From Polyangiales bacterium (GTDB taxonomy: Bacteria; Myxococcota_A; Polyangia; Polyangiales; Houyiibacteriaceae), in NCBI GenBank assembly GCA_045106895.1, contig JBGCFM010000001.1, positions 1 to 64,000 of the forward strand: a DNA stretch of 64,000 bases, in the 5' to 3' direction. Positions 47,286 to 56,244 of this stretch are shown here, in pieces. The notes under the pieces were generated by a model. It was not told the DNA's origin and made no database searches. It saw nothing but the letters and a program-made list of their open reading frames with translations. The translations under genes were made by a program, and so were the position numbers. Numbering within the stretch: the stretch's first letter is position 1; each line of letters starts with the position of its first letter.

Positions 47286-48695
47286 ATGAGTAGTGCCCAA
47301 CCCGAACTTTCGTCTGAGCCGGATTCCGGAAACGACAAGACCTTGATCGACGGCGCCCCACTAGGTGCCCCCGTTTCAGGCGCCGTCGCCGACGAGTCGA
47401 TGGCCTTGGTCGCGAAGGCGGCTGACGGCGAGAGCGGTCACGCGCTGGTCGCTGACGTCGAAGATAAGACGGAAGGAGCCAGTGGGCTCATCGTCGATTG
47501 GTCCGCGAAATCCGAACCACCTCCGGCAAAAGCTGCGACTCCGGCAAAGGCTGCGACTCCGGCAAAGGCTGCGACTCCGGCGAAGGCTGCGACTCCGGCG
47601 AAGCCGAAGGCGGTTCCCGCCCTCGCCTCCAAAGCCACGCCTCCCAAGACCGCCACTCCCAAAACGGAGACTTCAAAGCCAGAGACTTCAAAGCCAGAGA
47701 CCTCGAAAGCCGAGACTTCGAAAGCCGAGACTCAAGACGCAAAGGCCACCGCCGTATCGGAGCCTGCATCCGACGCCGAGGTCACAAAAAGCCAGCAAGC
47801 ATCGGACTCCGCCTCCAGCGACCCGGAGACTTCAGCTTCGCCGGAGGCCAAGGGCGAGAGTACCGGTGCGCCTGTCGACTTTGAGGCCGCCGCCGCCGCC
47901 CTTGCAGCGGGGTTCAGCCCGGAGAACGCGGAAGCCGCAGCTGCCGCGATCCGGCCCTCATGGGCGCATGTTGAGTATGTCCCGCCCCCCGAACCTGTCG
48001 TCGCCGCCACGCCGGTGCTCGACGAAGAAGCCCCTCTCCTCGTCGGTTCCTCGAGCAATCGAAAGCTGGCTATCGCGCTCGGCATCTTTCTCGTCGCGAC
48101 TATCGGGATCATCTACGCCGTGGTCGGTTCCGGAACGGAGTCACCATCGACGGGCTCTGCCCCGCAGTCGCTGCCCGTAAGCGCGGAGGCTGGCGAAAAC
48201 ACCGAACAACCCGAGACCACTGAGGCTGCAGAGGCTACAGAGGCCCCGGTAGACGAAACGCCTGAGTCAGATGAGCAAGCCGAAGCGGAGCAAGCAGCAG
48301 CGGCCGAGGCGATGGCCGCCGCCGAAGCACAAGCCGCCGAAGCACAGGCTGCCGCTGACGCGGCTGCAGCAGAAGCTGAAGCACAGGCCGCCGCGGAGGC
48401 TGAAGCCGCCGCTGCAGCCGAAGCCGCAGAAGCACAAGCTGCCGCGGCCGCTCAAGCCGCTGCTCAACGTGCCGCGACCGCCGCACAGAACCAGCGTAGC
48501 GAAAACGCTTCACGCGCTGCGACACAAGCCGCAGAACGACGAAGAGCCCAACGCGCTGCGCGCCAGGCAGCCGCCGCACAAGCGCGTCGCCAAGCCGCCG
48601 CCCGCGCTGCTGCACGCATGAGCACTCGGATGACCACGCGCATGACCAGCCGCATGAGCAGCGGCGGTGGCTTCACCACCGACAACCCGTACTGA
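47286..48695 (+). CDS. Low-complexity bitopic membrane protein (Ala/Glu-rich, TolA-like)
   Basis: PAKAAT and ETSKP repeats, single TM, Ala/Glu/Gln coiled region, Met-rich tail ending DNPY. The upstream extension to 46803 overlaps the amidase and is rejected. Confidence 0.7.
   Translation: MSSAQPELSSEPDSGNDKTLIDGAPLGAPVSGAVADESMALVAKAADGESGHALVADVEDKTEGASGLIVDWSAKSEPPPAKAATPAKAATPAKAATPAKAATPAKPKAVPALASKATPPKTATPKTETSKPETSKPETSKAETSKAETQDAKATAVSEPASDAEVTKSQQASDSASSDPETSASPEAKGESTGAPVDFEAAAAALAAGFSPENAEAAAAAIRPSWAHVEYVPPPEPVVAATPVLDEEAPLLVGSSSNRKLAIALGIFLVATIGIIYAVVGSGTESPSTGSAPQSLPVSAEAGENTEQPETTEAAEATEAPVDETPESDEQAEAEQAAAAEAMAAAEAQAAEAQAAADAAAAEAEAQAAAEAEAAAAAEAAEAQAAAAAQAAAQRAATAAQNQRSENASRAATQAAERRRAQRAARQAAAAQARRQAAARAAARMSTRMTTRMTSRMSSGGGFTTDNPY
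47523..47726 (+). repeat. Intragenic tandem repeats: 18 bp x4.5 (47523-47603) and 15 bp x4 (47667-47726)
   Basis: CCGGC(A/G)AA(A/G)GCTGCGACT units and GAGACTTCAAAGCCA-like units. Confidence 0.9.
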
Positions 48696-48754
48696 GCTCT
48701 CCTTTTTACTGGGGGCAGCGACCGAAGATGGTGAACTGGGGCTTTCTTTCGGGG

Positions 48755-48909
48755 CTAGCTGCATCTCAGAAGTTCTGACCGGTTGAGCGCGCGATCTTCT
48801 TCCCGATTCGCCTTGAATGTACGCTGCACGTCCTTCGTTGAATTGAGCCAAACCTCGCAAACCAATCATCCGCCCTGAACCGGTCAGAACTTCTGAGATG
48901 AAGTACTAG
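48755..48909. mobile_element. MITE-like element: 147 bp, 23-bp inverted repeats, CTAG direct repeats
   Basis: CATCTCAGAAGTTCTGACCGGTT (48762-48784) and its exact reverse complement (48878-48900); CTAG at 48755-48758 and 48906-48909; no convincing ORF. Confidence 0.6.
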
Positions 48910-48996
48910 CACCCGAAAAGGTGAAGAAAATCGGGCGTTCCGGACCACTTCGAGCCGCCTTCGTGCCCGGGTGGCAGGAGGCTGCTAGGTCCTCCC

Positions 48997-50001
48997 ATGG
49001 GCCTGACATACCGCGCTTCGGGAGTAGACATCGACGCTGGGGAGCGTCTCGTTGAGCGAATCAAGCCACTTGCCGCGGCGACACGTATTCCAGAAGTACT
49101 GGGTGCCGTCGGCGGATTCGCTGGGCTGTGCGCCGTGCCGGAAGGACTCACCGACCCGGTGCTCGTTTCCGGGACCGATGGCGTCGGGACGAAGCTCAAG
49201 CTCGCCTTCGCTTTCGACCACCACAGCACAGTCGGCATCGACCTTGTAGCGATGTGCGTCAACGACATCTTGACCGTCGGCGCCCGGCCCCTCTTCTTCC
49301 TCGACTACTTCGCAACCGGCAACCTCGACGTGGACCGAGCCGAAGCAGTGGTTCGCGGCATCGCGGATGGCTGCAAACTGGCGGGCTGCGCGCTGCTCGG
49401 CGGCGAGACGGCGGAGCTCCCCGGATTCTACAAGCAGGGCGAGTATGACTTGGCGGGCTTCGCCGTCGGCGTCGTTGAACGCGCGAAGATGATCGACGGC
49501 ACCCAGGTGGGCGCCGGAGATGCCATCATCGCGTTGCCATCAAGCGGCCTGCACTCCAACGGATTCTCCCTCGCCCGCGCTGCACTAAGCACCGAACTCG
49601 AACAAGACGCAGAGCTCGCCCGCACGCTGCTCACTCCCACGCGCATCTACGCCCGCGCATCCCAAGCGGCCCTCGCGACGGGGCATATTCGAGCGATGTG
49701 TCATGTCACCGGCGGCGGACTCGTCGACAACCTCCCTCGTGTACTGCCCGATGGAACGTGCGCACATATCGATGAGGCAAACTGGGCAAGCCCTGAGATC
49801 TTCGCGCGAATCGCGAGCGCAGGCGATATCGCGAAGTCGGAAATGCGGCGCACCTTCAACATGGGGGTCGGCTTCATCATCGTCGTCGCAGCGGATGCCC
49901 AGCGGGAAGTCCTGGACGCCCTGACAAACGCCGGCGAGGCTCCAACGGTTATCGGGACCATCCAAGCTGCGTCGGGCGACGCACGCGTCGTGTACGCATG
50001 A
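48997..50001 (+). CDS. purM: Phosphoribosylformylglycinamidine cyclo-ligase
   Basis: TYRASGVDI, GTDGVGTKL, AMCVND, GGETAE, GLHSNG, HVTGGG, TFNMGVG. Confidence 0.98.
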   Translation: MGLTYRASGVDIDAGERLVERIKPLAAATRIPEVLGAVGGFAGLCAVPEGLTDPVLVSGTDGVGTKLKLAFAFDHHSTVGIDLVAMCVNDILTVGARPLFFLDYFATGNLDVDRAEAVVRGIADGCKLAGCALLGGETAELPGFYKQGEYDLAGFAVGVVERAKMIDGTQVGAGDAIIALPSSGLHSNGFSLARAALSTELEQDAELARTLLTPTRIYARASQAALATGHIRAMCHVTGGGLVDNLPRVLPDGTCAHIDEANWASPEIFARIASAGDIAKSEMRRTFNMGVGFIIVVAADAQREVLDALTNAGEAPTVIGTIQAASGDARVVYA

Positions 50002-50639
50002 CCCTTCGCCTGACGGTATTGGCCTCGGGCCGCGGTTCGAATTTCGTCGCCCTCCATGACGCGATCCAGAGCGGTCGATGCGACGCTCAAATCGTCTCCG
50101 TCGTCACCGACAACAAGTCTGCTCCCGTCATTCAACTGGCCGAAGCGCGGGACATCACGACGCAGATTGTTCCCTTTCGTAAAAAGGACCGCGCCGCGTG
50201 GGAGGCGGAGCTTCTTGACTTCGTGCAGGCCCAGGAAGCCGAGTGGGTTGTTTTGGCCGGATTCATGCGAGTCCTGAGCGCATCCTTCGTCGACGCTTTC
50301 TCCCAGCGGATCCTGAACGTTCACCCTTCCCTGCTTCCCGCGTTTCCCGGAATGCACGCGGTGCAGCAGGCCCTGGACGCGGGTGTACGCCTGAGCGGCT
50401 GCACCGTTCACCTGGTCGACGCGGGCGTCGACACAGGTCCCGTGTTGGCGCAGGCCGCCGTCCCCGTTTGCGAGGGTGACGACGCCGATGCTCTGCACGG
50501 CCGTATTCGCAAACGCGAACACACCCTCCTCGCTTCCACCATCGACGCACTCGCGGCGGGACGGCTGGAGCTGGACCCCGTCCGCTGGAACGCTGCGTCG
50601 TGGCCTGAGAGCATCGAAAGCCCCATGAGTCTGCCATGA
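49998..50639 (+). CDS. purN: Phosphoribosylglycinamide formyltransferase
   Basis: ASGRGSN, LAGFMR, NVHPSLLP, GCTVHLVD.GVDTGP. Confidence 0.97.
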   Translation: MTLRLTVLASGRGSNFVALHDAIQSGRCDAQIVSVVTDNKSAPVIQLAEARDITTQIVPFRKKDRAAWEAELLDFVQAQEAEWVVLAGFMRVLSASFVDAFSQRILNVHPSLLPAFPGMHAVQQALDAGVRLSGCTVHLVDAGVDTGPVLAQAAVPVCEGDDADALHGRIRKREHTLLASTIDALAAGRLELDPVRWNAASWPESIESPMSLP

Positions 50640-52171
50640 GAAACCGTCACTACGACGTTGTTGTCTTGGGCGCGGACTTGGCGGGCACGCTGTGCGCCGC
50701 CCTCGTCGCCAAGCGCGGCTTTCGCGTTCTCGTTCTTGGTCAAGGAGCGCTTCCGCCAACCTACTCCATCGGTGGCTTCACTTTTCCACGTGCGCCGCAC
50801 ACCTTTCTCTCGGCGCACAGCAGCATTGCCCGACGCATGTTGGCGGAACTCGCCATGGGGCAGCTCTTTCGACGACGGGCCTGCCAGATGGACCCCTCGT
50901 TCCAACTCGCGTTGCCGGAACATCGCGTCGACGCGGTCAACGACCCAGTCTTGCTGGACCGCGAGCTGGCCCGTGAGTTTCCCTCCGTGCGTCGCGCCGG
51001 CGTCGACCTTCACAAGCTCGTCGAACGAGTCGGCTCAGAGCTCGAGGAGGTCCTCGGGCGCAACTTCATTTGGCCCCCTTCCTCATTCTTGGAGCGACGA
51101 GAGTTCGCTCGCGCAACAGCGCACCGCGTGTTCGACCGCGAAGGCGGAGGATTCGATCCCTTCGCGGAGTTCCCTGAGTCACATCCAATTCGCCGACTCG
51201 TGGAAGCTCCGGCGGCCTTCGCCACGCACATGGACCCCGCGGAACTTTCGCCGCTCGCTCGCCTACGACTTTATCAATCCTGGTGGCAGGGGAGCGCAAA
51301 ACTCGAAGGCGGATACAGCTGGCTTCACAACGCGCTCATCGAACGCATTCGCACCCACTCCGGTGATGTGCGTATGGATGAACGCGCCGACTCGATCATC
51401 ACGAAACGAAACGTCGCGACGGGAGTCGTGCTCGCGGACACCGCCGAAGAGATCGGCGCCGGGTTTGTCATTGGCGGCGTGGATATCGCCAAGGTCGCTT
51501 CGATGCTCCCGGACCGCACGATGTTCGCCGAGCTCTTTGAACGTTTCGGAGAGCCCCGGCCTCGGCACCTCCGCTACACGCTCAACATCGTCGCCAAAGA
51601 TGACGCCTTCCCCGTAGGCATGGGCCGAGACAGCTTTTCAATCTTTGATTCTGCCGGCGCGGCACATGGGGAGAACCTCCTCCGCTTGGAAGCCTCTCCT
51701 CCGGACGGCACCGGAGTTCGCCAGCTCTGCGTGGAGGCGCTACTTCCGCGCCGTGGCGTTGAAGAAGTGGACCGTTACCTTGACGGCGTTCGCGAACGAA
51801 TCCTCGGAGCAGTCACCGAGCTGGCACCTTTCTTTGGCGACCAGATCATCGCCGTTGATTCGCCCCACGATGGACGAGACCTGCAGAACTACGCGGAACG
51901 CAAGAGCATCGCGTCCGATGCGCCCTGGACTCGAGGTCCATCCACGATGCAGAGAGTCCATGGATTCCCCGTCATGGGCAGCCTGGGTGTCAACGCCCTC
52001 CCGGTTCGTTCACCGGTCCGAAACCTCCTCCTGTGCAACCGTCAGGTGAGCCCGGGTCTGGGTGAAGAAGGCGAGTTCCTGGCGGCGGGAGCGGCCGCGG
52101 AGATCATCACGCGCTCCAATCTGAAAAAGTCGCTGATGCGGCGCGGGCTCTTCAACCGCGTCGAAGTCTAG
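50636..52171 (+). CDS. Phytoene-desaturase-like FAD-dependent oxidoreductase
   Basis: N-terminal Rossmann YDVVVLGADLAG...AKRGFRVLVL; C-terminal NLLLCNRQVSPGLG.EG. Confidence 0.65.
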   Translation: MRNRHYDVVVLGADLAGTLCAALVAKRGFRVLVLGQGALPPTYSIGGFTFPRAPHTFLSAHSSIARRMLAELAMGQLFRRRACQMDPSFQLALPEHRVDAVNDPVLLDRELAREFPSVRRAGVDLHKLVERVGSELEEVLGRNFIWPPSSFLERREFARATAHRVFDREGGGFDPFAEFPESHPIRRLVEAPAAFATHMDPAELSPLARLRLYQSWWQGSAKLEGGYSWLHNALIERIRTHSGDVRMDERADSIITKRNVATGVVLADTAEEIGAGFVIGGVDIAKVASMLPDRTMFAELFERFGEPRPRHLRYTLNIVAKDDAFPVGMGRDSFSIFDSAGAAHGENLLRLEASPPDGTGVRQLCVEALLPRRGVEEVDRYLDGVRERILGAVTELAPFFGDQIIAVDSPHDGRDLQNYAERKSIASDAPWTRGPSTMQRVHGFPVMGSLGVNALPVRSPVRNLLLCNRQVSPGLGEEGEFLAAGAAAEIITRSNLKKSLMRRGLFNRVEV

Positions 52172-52214
52172 ACAAAGCTCAGCGCTTCCGGCGGCCTCTG
52201 GTACACTCACCGCC

Positions 52215-53324
52215 ATGCATCCCGACGAGCGTCCTCGCATCAGCCTGCGCCAGCTGCTCCAAGTCATGATTCAGCGCGGAGCTTCGGATCTCCACATCAC
52301 GACGAACACCCCCCCGCAGCTGCGCATCGATGGCAGCCTCGCGCCACTTCGCACCGACAAGCTGAGCCCCATCGCCACCAAGCAGCTCTGCTACGAGGTG
52401 ATGACCGAGGAGCAGAAGGTGAAGTTCGAGCGCAACAACGAGCTCGACTTCTCATTCGGCATGAAGGGCCTGTCGCGTTTTCGCGCCAACGTCTTCATGC
52501 AACGCGGCGCCGTCGCCGGCGCGTTCCGTGCAATCCCTTTCAACATTCGGAGCCTCGGCGACCTCGGTTTGCCAAGCGTGGTCGGCGAGATCGCGAATCT
52601 TCCTCGCGGCCTCGTCCTCGTCACCGGTCCTACCGGCAGCGGCAAGTCAACGACGCTCGCCGCCATCATCGACAAGATCAACTCTGAGCGGCGAAGTCAC
52701 ATCGTCACCGTCGAAGATCCCATCGAGTACCTCCACGACAACAAGCTCTGCGTTGTGAACCAGCGCGAGATCGGTGCCGACACGGAGTCGTTCAAAGGTG
52801 CGCTGAAGTATGCGCTGCGTCAGGACCCCGACGTCGTTCTCGTCGGCGAGATGCGCGACCTTGAGACCATCGAAGCGGCGATGACCATCTCCGAGACGGG
52901 TCACCTTGTCTTCGCCACCTTGCACACGAACAGCGCAGTCCAGTCCATCAACCGCGTCATCGACGTTTTCCCGCCGCATCAGCAGTCACAGATTCGAGCC
53001 CAGCTCTCCTTCGTTCTCCAGGCCGTCGTCACCCAGATGCTCATGCCTCGCGCCGATGGACCCGGGCGAGTTTTGACGGCGGAGGTGATGATCCCGAACT
53101 ACGCGATCCGAAACTTGATCCGAGAAAACAAGGTCCATCAGATCTACGGCATCATGCAGACGGGTCAGGGTTCCACCGGCATGCAGACCATGAACCAGGC
53201 CCTCATCCACCTAATTTCCGGCGGATACATCACGAAGGAAGAGGCCCTGAACCGGTCTCCAGAGCCCAAAGAGCTGAAGTCGATCATGGAGCAAGGACGG
53301 CGTAGCGGCCCCGGACCACGATGA
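52215..53324 (+). CDS. pilT: Type IV pilus retraction ATPase PilT
   Basis: GASDLHI, GPTGSGKST, EDPIE, LRQDPDV, GEMRD, TLHTNSA, AIRNLIRE, GMQTM. Confidence 0.97.
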   Translation: MHPDERPRISLRQLLQVMIQRGASDLHITTNTPPQLRIDGSLAPLRTDKLSPIATKQLCYEVMTEEQKVKFERNNELDFSFGMKGLSRFRANVFMQRGAVAGAFRAIPFNIRSLGDLGLPSVVGEIANLPRGLVLVTGPTGSGKSTTLAAIIDKINSERRSHIVTVEDPIEYLHDNKLCVVNQREIGADTESFKGALKYALRQDPDVVLVGEMRDLETIEAAMTISETGHLVFATLHTNSAVQSINRVIDVFPPHQQSQIRAQLSFVLQAVVTQMLMPRADGPGRVLTAEVMIPNYAIRNLIRENKVHQIYGIMQTGQGSTGMQTMNQALIHLISGGYITKEEALNRSPEPKELKSIMEQGRRSGPGPR

Positions 53325-53403
53325 TCCCCGCCGCAAGACCGACCCGTTTGAGGGGCATGATTTCGCCGGCGCTTGACGCAGAGCGCTTCGGCCAGCCATT
53401 CTA

Positions 53404-54450
53404 GTGGTGAGGTTTTCAGTGCTGAGCGGGAAGAATCCAACACATCGATCTGTGCAGGCGGGCATCGTAGCCCTCGTACTGCTGTTGGGCGCTCCTCTGT
53501 GGGGCGACTCCTTCGGAAGTACGGCTTCCGCACAGGACGCTCAACAAAGACAGGGTGCCGCAGACGCTTACGACCGAGGGAGCGCTGCTTTCCTTGCGGA
53601 AGACTACGCCGCCGCAGGCCGTTGGTTTGAGACCGCGAACCGTCTCGCACCAGCCGCGCCCGCACTACTTCAAGCGATTCGTGCGCACCGCCGCGCCGGC
53701 GATGATGTCCGAGCGGGAACGTTGTCGCTCCGTCTCATGGACACCTACGAGGGGAACGCCGCTGCGGAGGCCGAAGAAGTCATCCGAGAGCTCTCACCCT
53801 CGCTCGTCCGAGTCGATATCGTTTGCAGCGAATGTGCTGTGCAAGTCGACGGCTCCCTCGCGCTACACGACTCGTTCTTCGTAACGCCCGACGAAGAACA
53901 CAATGTCGTGCTCGGGTTTAGCACCGGTGATGTTGAACGAACGGTGTCGGGTGAAGCAGGTGAGCGACTTCCAGTCACCGCAAGCGCGCCCATCGCCATG
54001 CCAAACCAACGCATTGATGATGGCGGGACGACGAACGGAAACGGCTCCAATCTCGGAACGGGCGGGACGAACACTCCTCGGCGCGAGGAGAGCGGCGGCA
54101 TTTCACCCGCACTCTTCGTGACGTCCCTCGTGCTCACCGTCGGCGCAGGCGCGACGCTTGTATGGTCGGGCATCGACACGCAGAACGACGCGGAAGTTTA
54201 CGAGCGCGTTGCGGTGCAAGAGCGGGACCTCGTGCGTGCTCGAGAGCTTCTCGCTGCAGGCCAAAAGGAAGAAACCCGAACGAACGTCCTGATCGGTGTG
54301 ACGAGCGGCCTCGCTGTTCTCACAGTCGTGTTCGCAATCATGACGGACTGGGGCGGTGACGAAGAAGATGAGAGCGCGTCGGTGACTCTCCGTCCCACGC
54401 TTGGCGGTGGGGTCGACCACGGCTCCGTTGGTCTGCAAGGGAGCTTCTAG
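53404..54450 (+). CDS. Secreted TPR + PEGA-like protein
   Basis: Signal peptide, TPR (AYDRGSAAFLAEDYAAAG), beta domain, Gly-rich helices, C-terminus GLQGSF. TTGACG-N18-CATTCT upstream. Start uncertain. Confidence 0.65.
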   Translation: MVRFSVLSGKNPTHRSVQAGIVALVLLLGAPLWGDSFGSTASAQDAQQRQGAADAYDRGSAAFLAEDYAAAGRWFETANRLAPAAPALLQAIRAHRRAGDDVRAGTLSLRLMDTYEGNAAAEAEEVIRELSPSLVRVDIVCSECAVQVDGSLALHDSFFVTPDEEHNVVLGFSTGDVERTVSGEAGERLPVTASAPIAMPNQRIDDGGTTNGNGSNLGTGGTNTPRREESGGISPALFVTSLVLTVGAGATLVWSGIDTQNDAEVYERVAVQERDLVRARELLAAGQKEETRTNVLIGVTSGLAVLTVVFAIMTDWGGDEEDESASVTLRPTLGGGVDHGSVGLQGSF

Positions 54451-56114
54451 TGGTTGCAGCCCGAGAGTTGCCACGGAATCTGGCAGGGCGACAGCTCGGG
54501 CGTTACGAGGTCCTTACTCAACTTGCGTCTGGCGGGATGGCAGCCGTGTACGTCGCGCGAGCGCTCGGCGTCGCTGGGTTCGAGCGCCTCGTGGCCATCA
54601 AGGTGCTGCACCCACACTTGGCCTACGAGGAAGAGTTCGTCTCGATGTTCCTCGACGAGGCGCGCCTCGCAGCTCGTATTCGGCATCCAAACGTCGTCCC
54701 TACCCTCGACATCTCCGACACCGAAGGGGACGGCTTCTTCCTGGTGATGCAGTACATCGAGGGGGACCACTTTGGCTCTCTTCTTGGACACGCCGCTCGC
54801 GGAGGAGAGCGAATCCCCGCTCGAGCGACTGTCCGAATCGTCTTGGACGCTTTGGGAGGTTTGGGCGCCGCCCACGAACTCACGGACGAGTTTGGCGACC
54901 CTTTGAAGCTCGTTCACCGAGACGTGTCTCCGCACAACGTCATGGTGAGCATCGACGGCAGCGCGCACCTCACGGACTTTGGTGTCGCAAAAGCAGAGAA
55001 ACGACTCTCCTCGACCCGCGCCGGGCAGTTCAAAGGAAAGCTCGCCTACATGGCGCCGGAACAAGCCTCTACGGGGTTCGCCGACCAACGAAGCGACTTG
55101 TTCAGCATGGGCATCATCCTGTGGGAGGCGTTGACCGGTCGCCGACTCTTTCGTGCCGAGAACAACGCGGCGACGCTGACGAAGATTCTCCACGAAGCGA
55201 TTCCTCTGCCCTCCGAACTCTGGGACGACCTTCACGCCTACGACGACCTCATGGCAAAGGTCCTTCATCGCGACGCGGACCAGCGCTTTCAGACGGCAGA
55301 CGAGTTCGCCGACGCACTCGAAGACGCCGCCGCTACCCACGAGGGCATCGCAAAGCCACGTGAAATCGGCGAGGTCATGAAACGCTGGCTCGGTGAACGC
55401 ATCGCCGACCAGAACACGCGCCTGCGAGAGTCCATCGACCTTCTGGGTCGCTCAGACTACAGCGAGGCAGCGATCCCAATCCCGATGGAGAGCAGCGCAT
55501 CGAACGTGACGATGTCGGGGCGGCCGCGCCCACCCTCACACAACTCTGCTGTCCTCTCCGTCGATACCCTCGACTCCGTCGAGCTTTCGTCGGCGTCCGA
55601 CGTTGTGCTTGTCGAGCCGGGTAACAAGAACAAGCGCAAAGCGTTGGTCCTTGCCACGCTCATCGCGGCGATTCTACTGGGCGCACTCCTCGCAGTCATC
55701 CTCGCCACTCCAGATCCGCAGCCGCCGATCGTGAGTTCTCCTCTATTGGACATCGAGCCACCAGCCGGTGGGGGCGATCAGGAGGCCCAGCCTCAAGCCG
55801 AGGCGGAACCAAACCCCACGCCAACGGTCGTCGAAAACGTCGACGTCGACGTGGAAGGCGATCCTGAACTGGAAGCGGTCACGGAACCCAGCGATGGGGA
55901 TGAGGCGAGTGTGATGAATCGCCGCCATGAAGATCGAAACCACCGCTCGCACATGCGGCATCGCCAGCGCGAGACCGAGATGGCCCCGGAGGTGATGGCG
56001 GAAACGCCTATGGTAGCCGTTCCAACACCGATGGAAACGGTCACACGCCCCAGCGGAATGGGCGGGGATAGCTCCTCGATGATGAACGATCTCGAGCTAA
56101 ACCCGTACCGCTAG
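54450..56114 (+). CDS. Hanks-type Ser/Thr protein kinase with TM helix
   Basis: ASGGMA, VAIK, HRDVSPHN, DFG, YMAPE, DLFSMG; TM LVLATLIAAILLGALLAVIL. Confidence 0.95.
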   Translation: MVAARELPRNLAGRQLGRYEVLTQLASGGMAAVYVARALGVAGFERLVAIKVLHPHLAYEEEFVSMFLDEARLAARIRHPNVVPTLDISDTEGDGFFLVMQYIEGDHFGSLLGHAARGGERIPARATVRIVLDALGGLGAAHELTDEFGDPLKLVHRDVSPHNVMVSIDGSAHLTDFGVAKAEKRLSSTRAGQFKGKLAYMAPEQASTGFADQRSDLFSMGIILWEALTGRRLFRAENNAATLTKILHEAIPLPSELWDDLHAYDDLMAKVLHRDADQRFQTADEFADALEDAAATHEGIAKPREIGEVMKRWLGERIADQNTRLRESIDLLGRSDYSEAAIPIPMESSASNVTMSGRPRPPSHNSAVLSVDTLDSVELSSASDVVLVEPGNKNKRKALVLATLIAAILLGALLAVILATPDPQPPIVSSPLLDIEPPAGGGDQEAQPQAEAEPNPTPTVVENVDVDVEGDPELEAVTEPSDGDEASVMNRRHEDRNHRSHMRHRQRETEMAPEVMAETPMVAVPTPMETVTRPSGMGGDSSSMMNDLELNPYR

Positions 56115-56159
56115 TACGACAAACGTCGTCCGCTTTGATTCGCGAAGATTGAGGGGTTT

Positions 56160-56189
56160 TTGACCCTGGAATCTCCCTTCCGATAGACT
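56160..56189 (+). promoter_or_regulatory. Putative sigma70 promoter for pilC
   Basis: TTGACC-N18-TAGACT. Confidence 0.45.
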
Positions 56190-56244
56190 GGCCCAGCTCG
56201 CATTCTGTGGGCGTGGGCGACATGCCCGCTTGGAGGTTTTCTGC

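Noticed and set aside
48747..48918. 6S RNA interpretation of the long hairpin
   Set aside because: A perfect terminal stem with CTAG duplication and no evident second stem or central bubble fits a MITE better; not excluded without an Rfam scan.
50636..52171. Carotenoid biosynthesis cluster
   Set aside because: Single divergent desaturase-like gene with no crtB, crtE or other crt genes.
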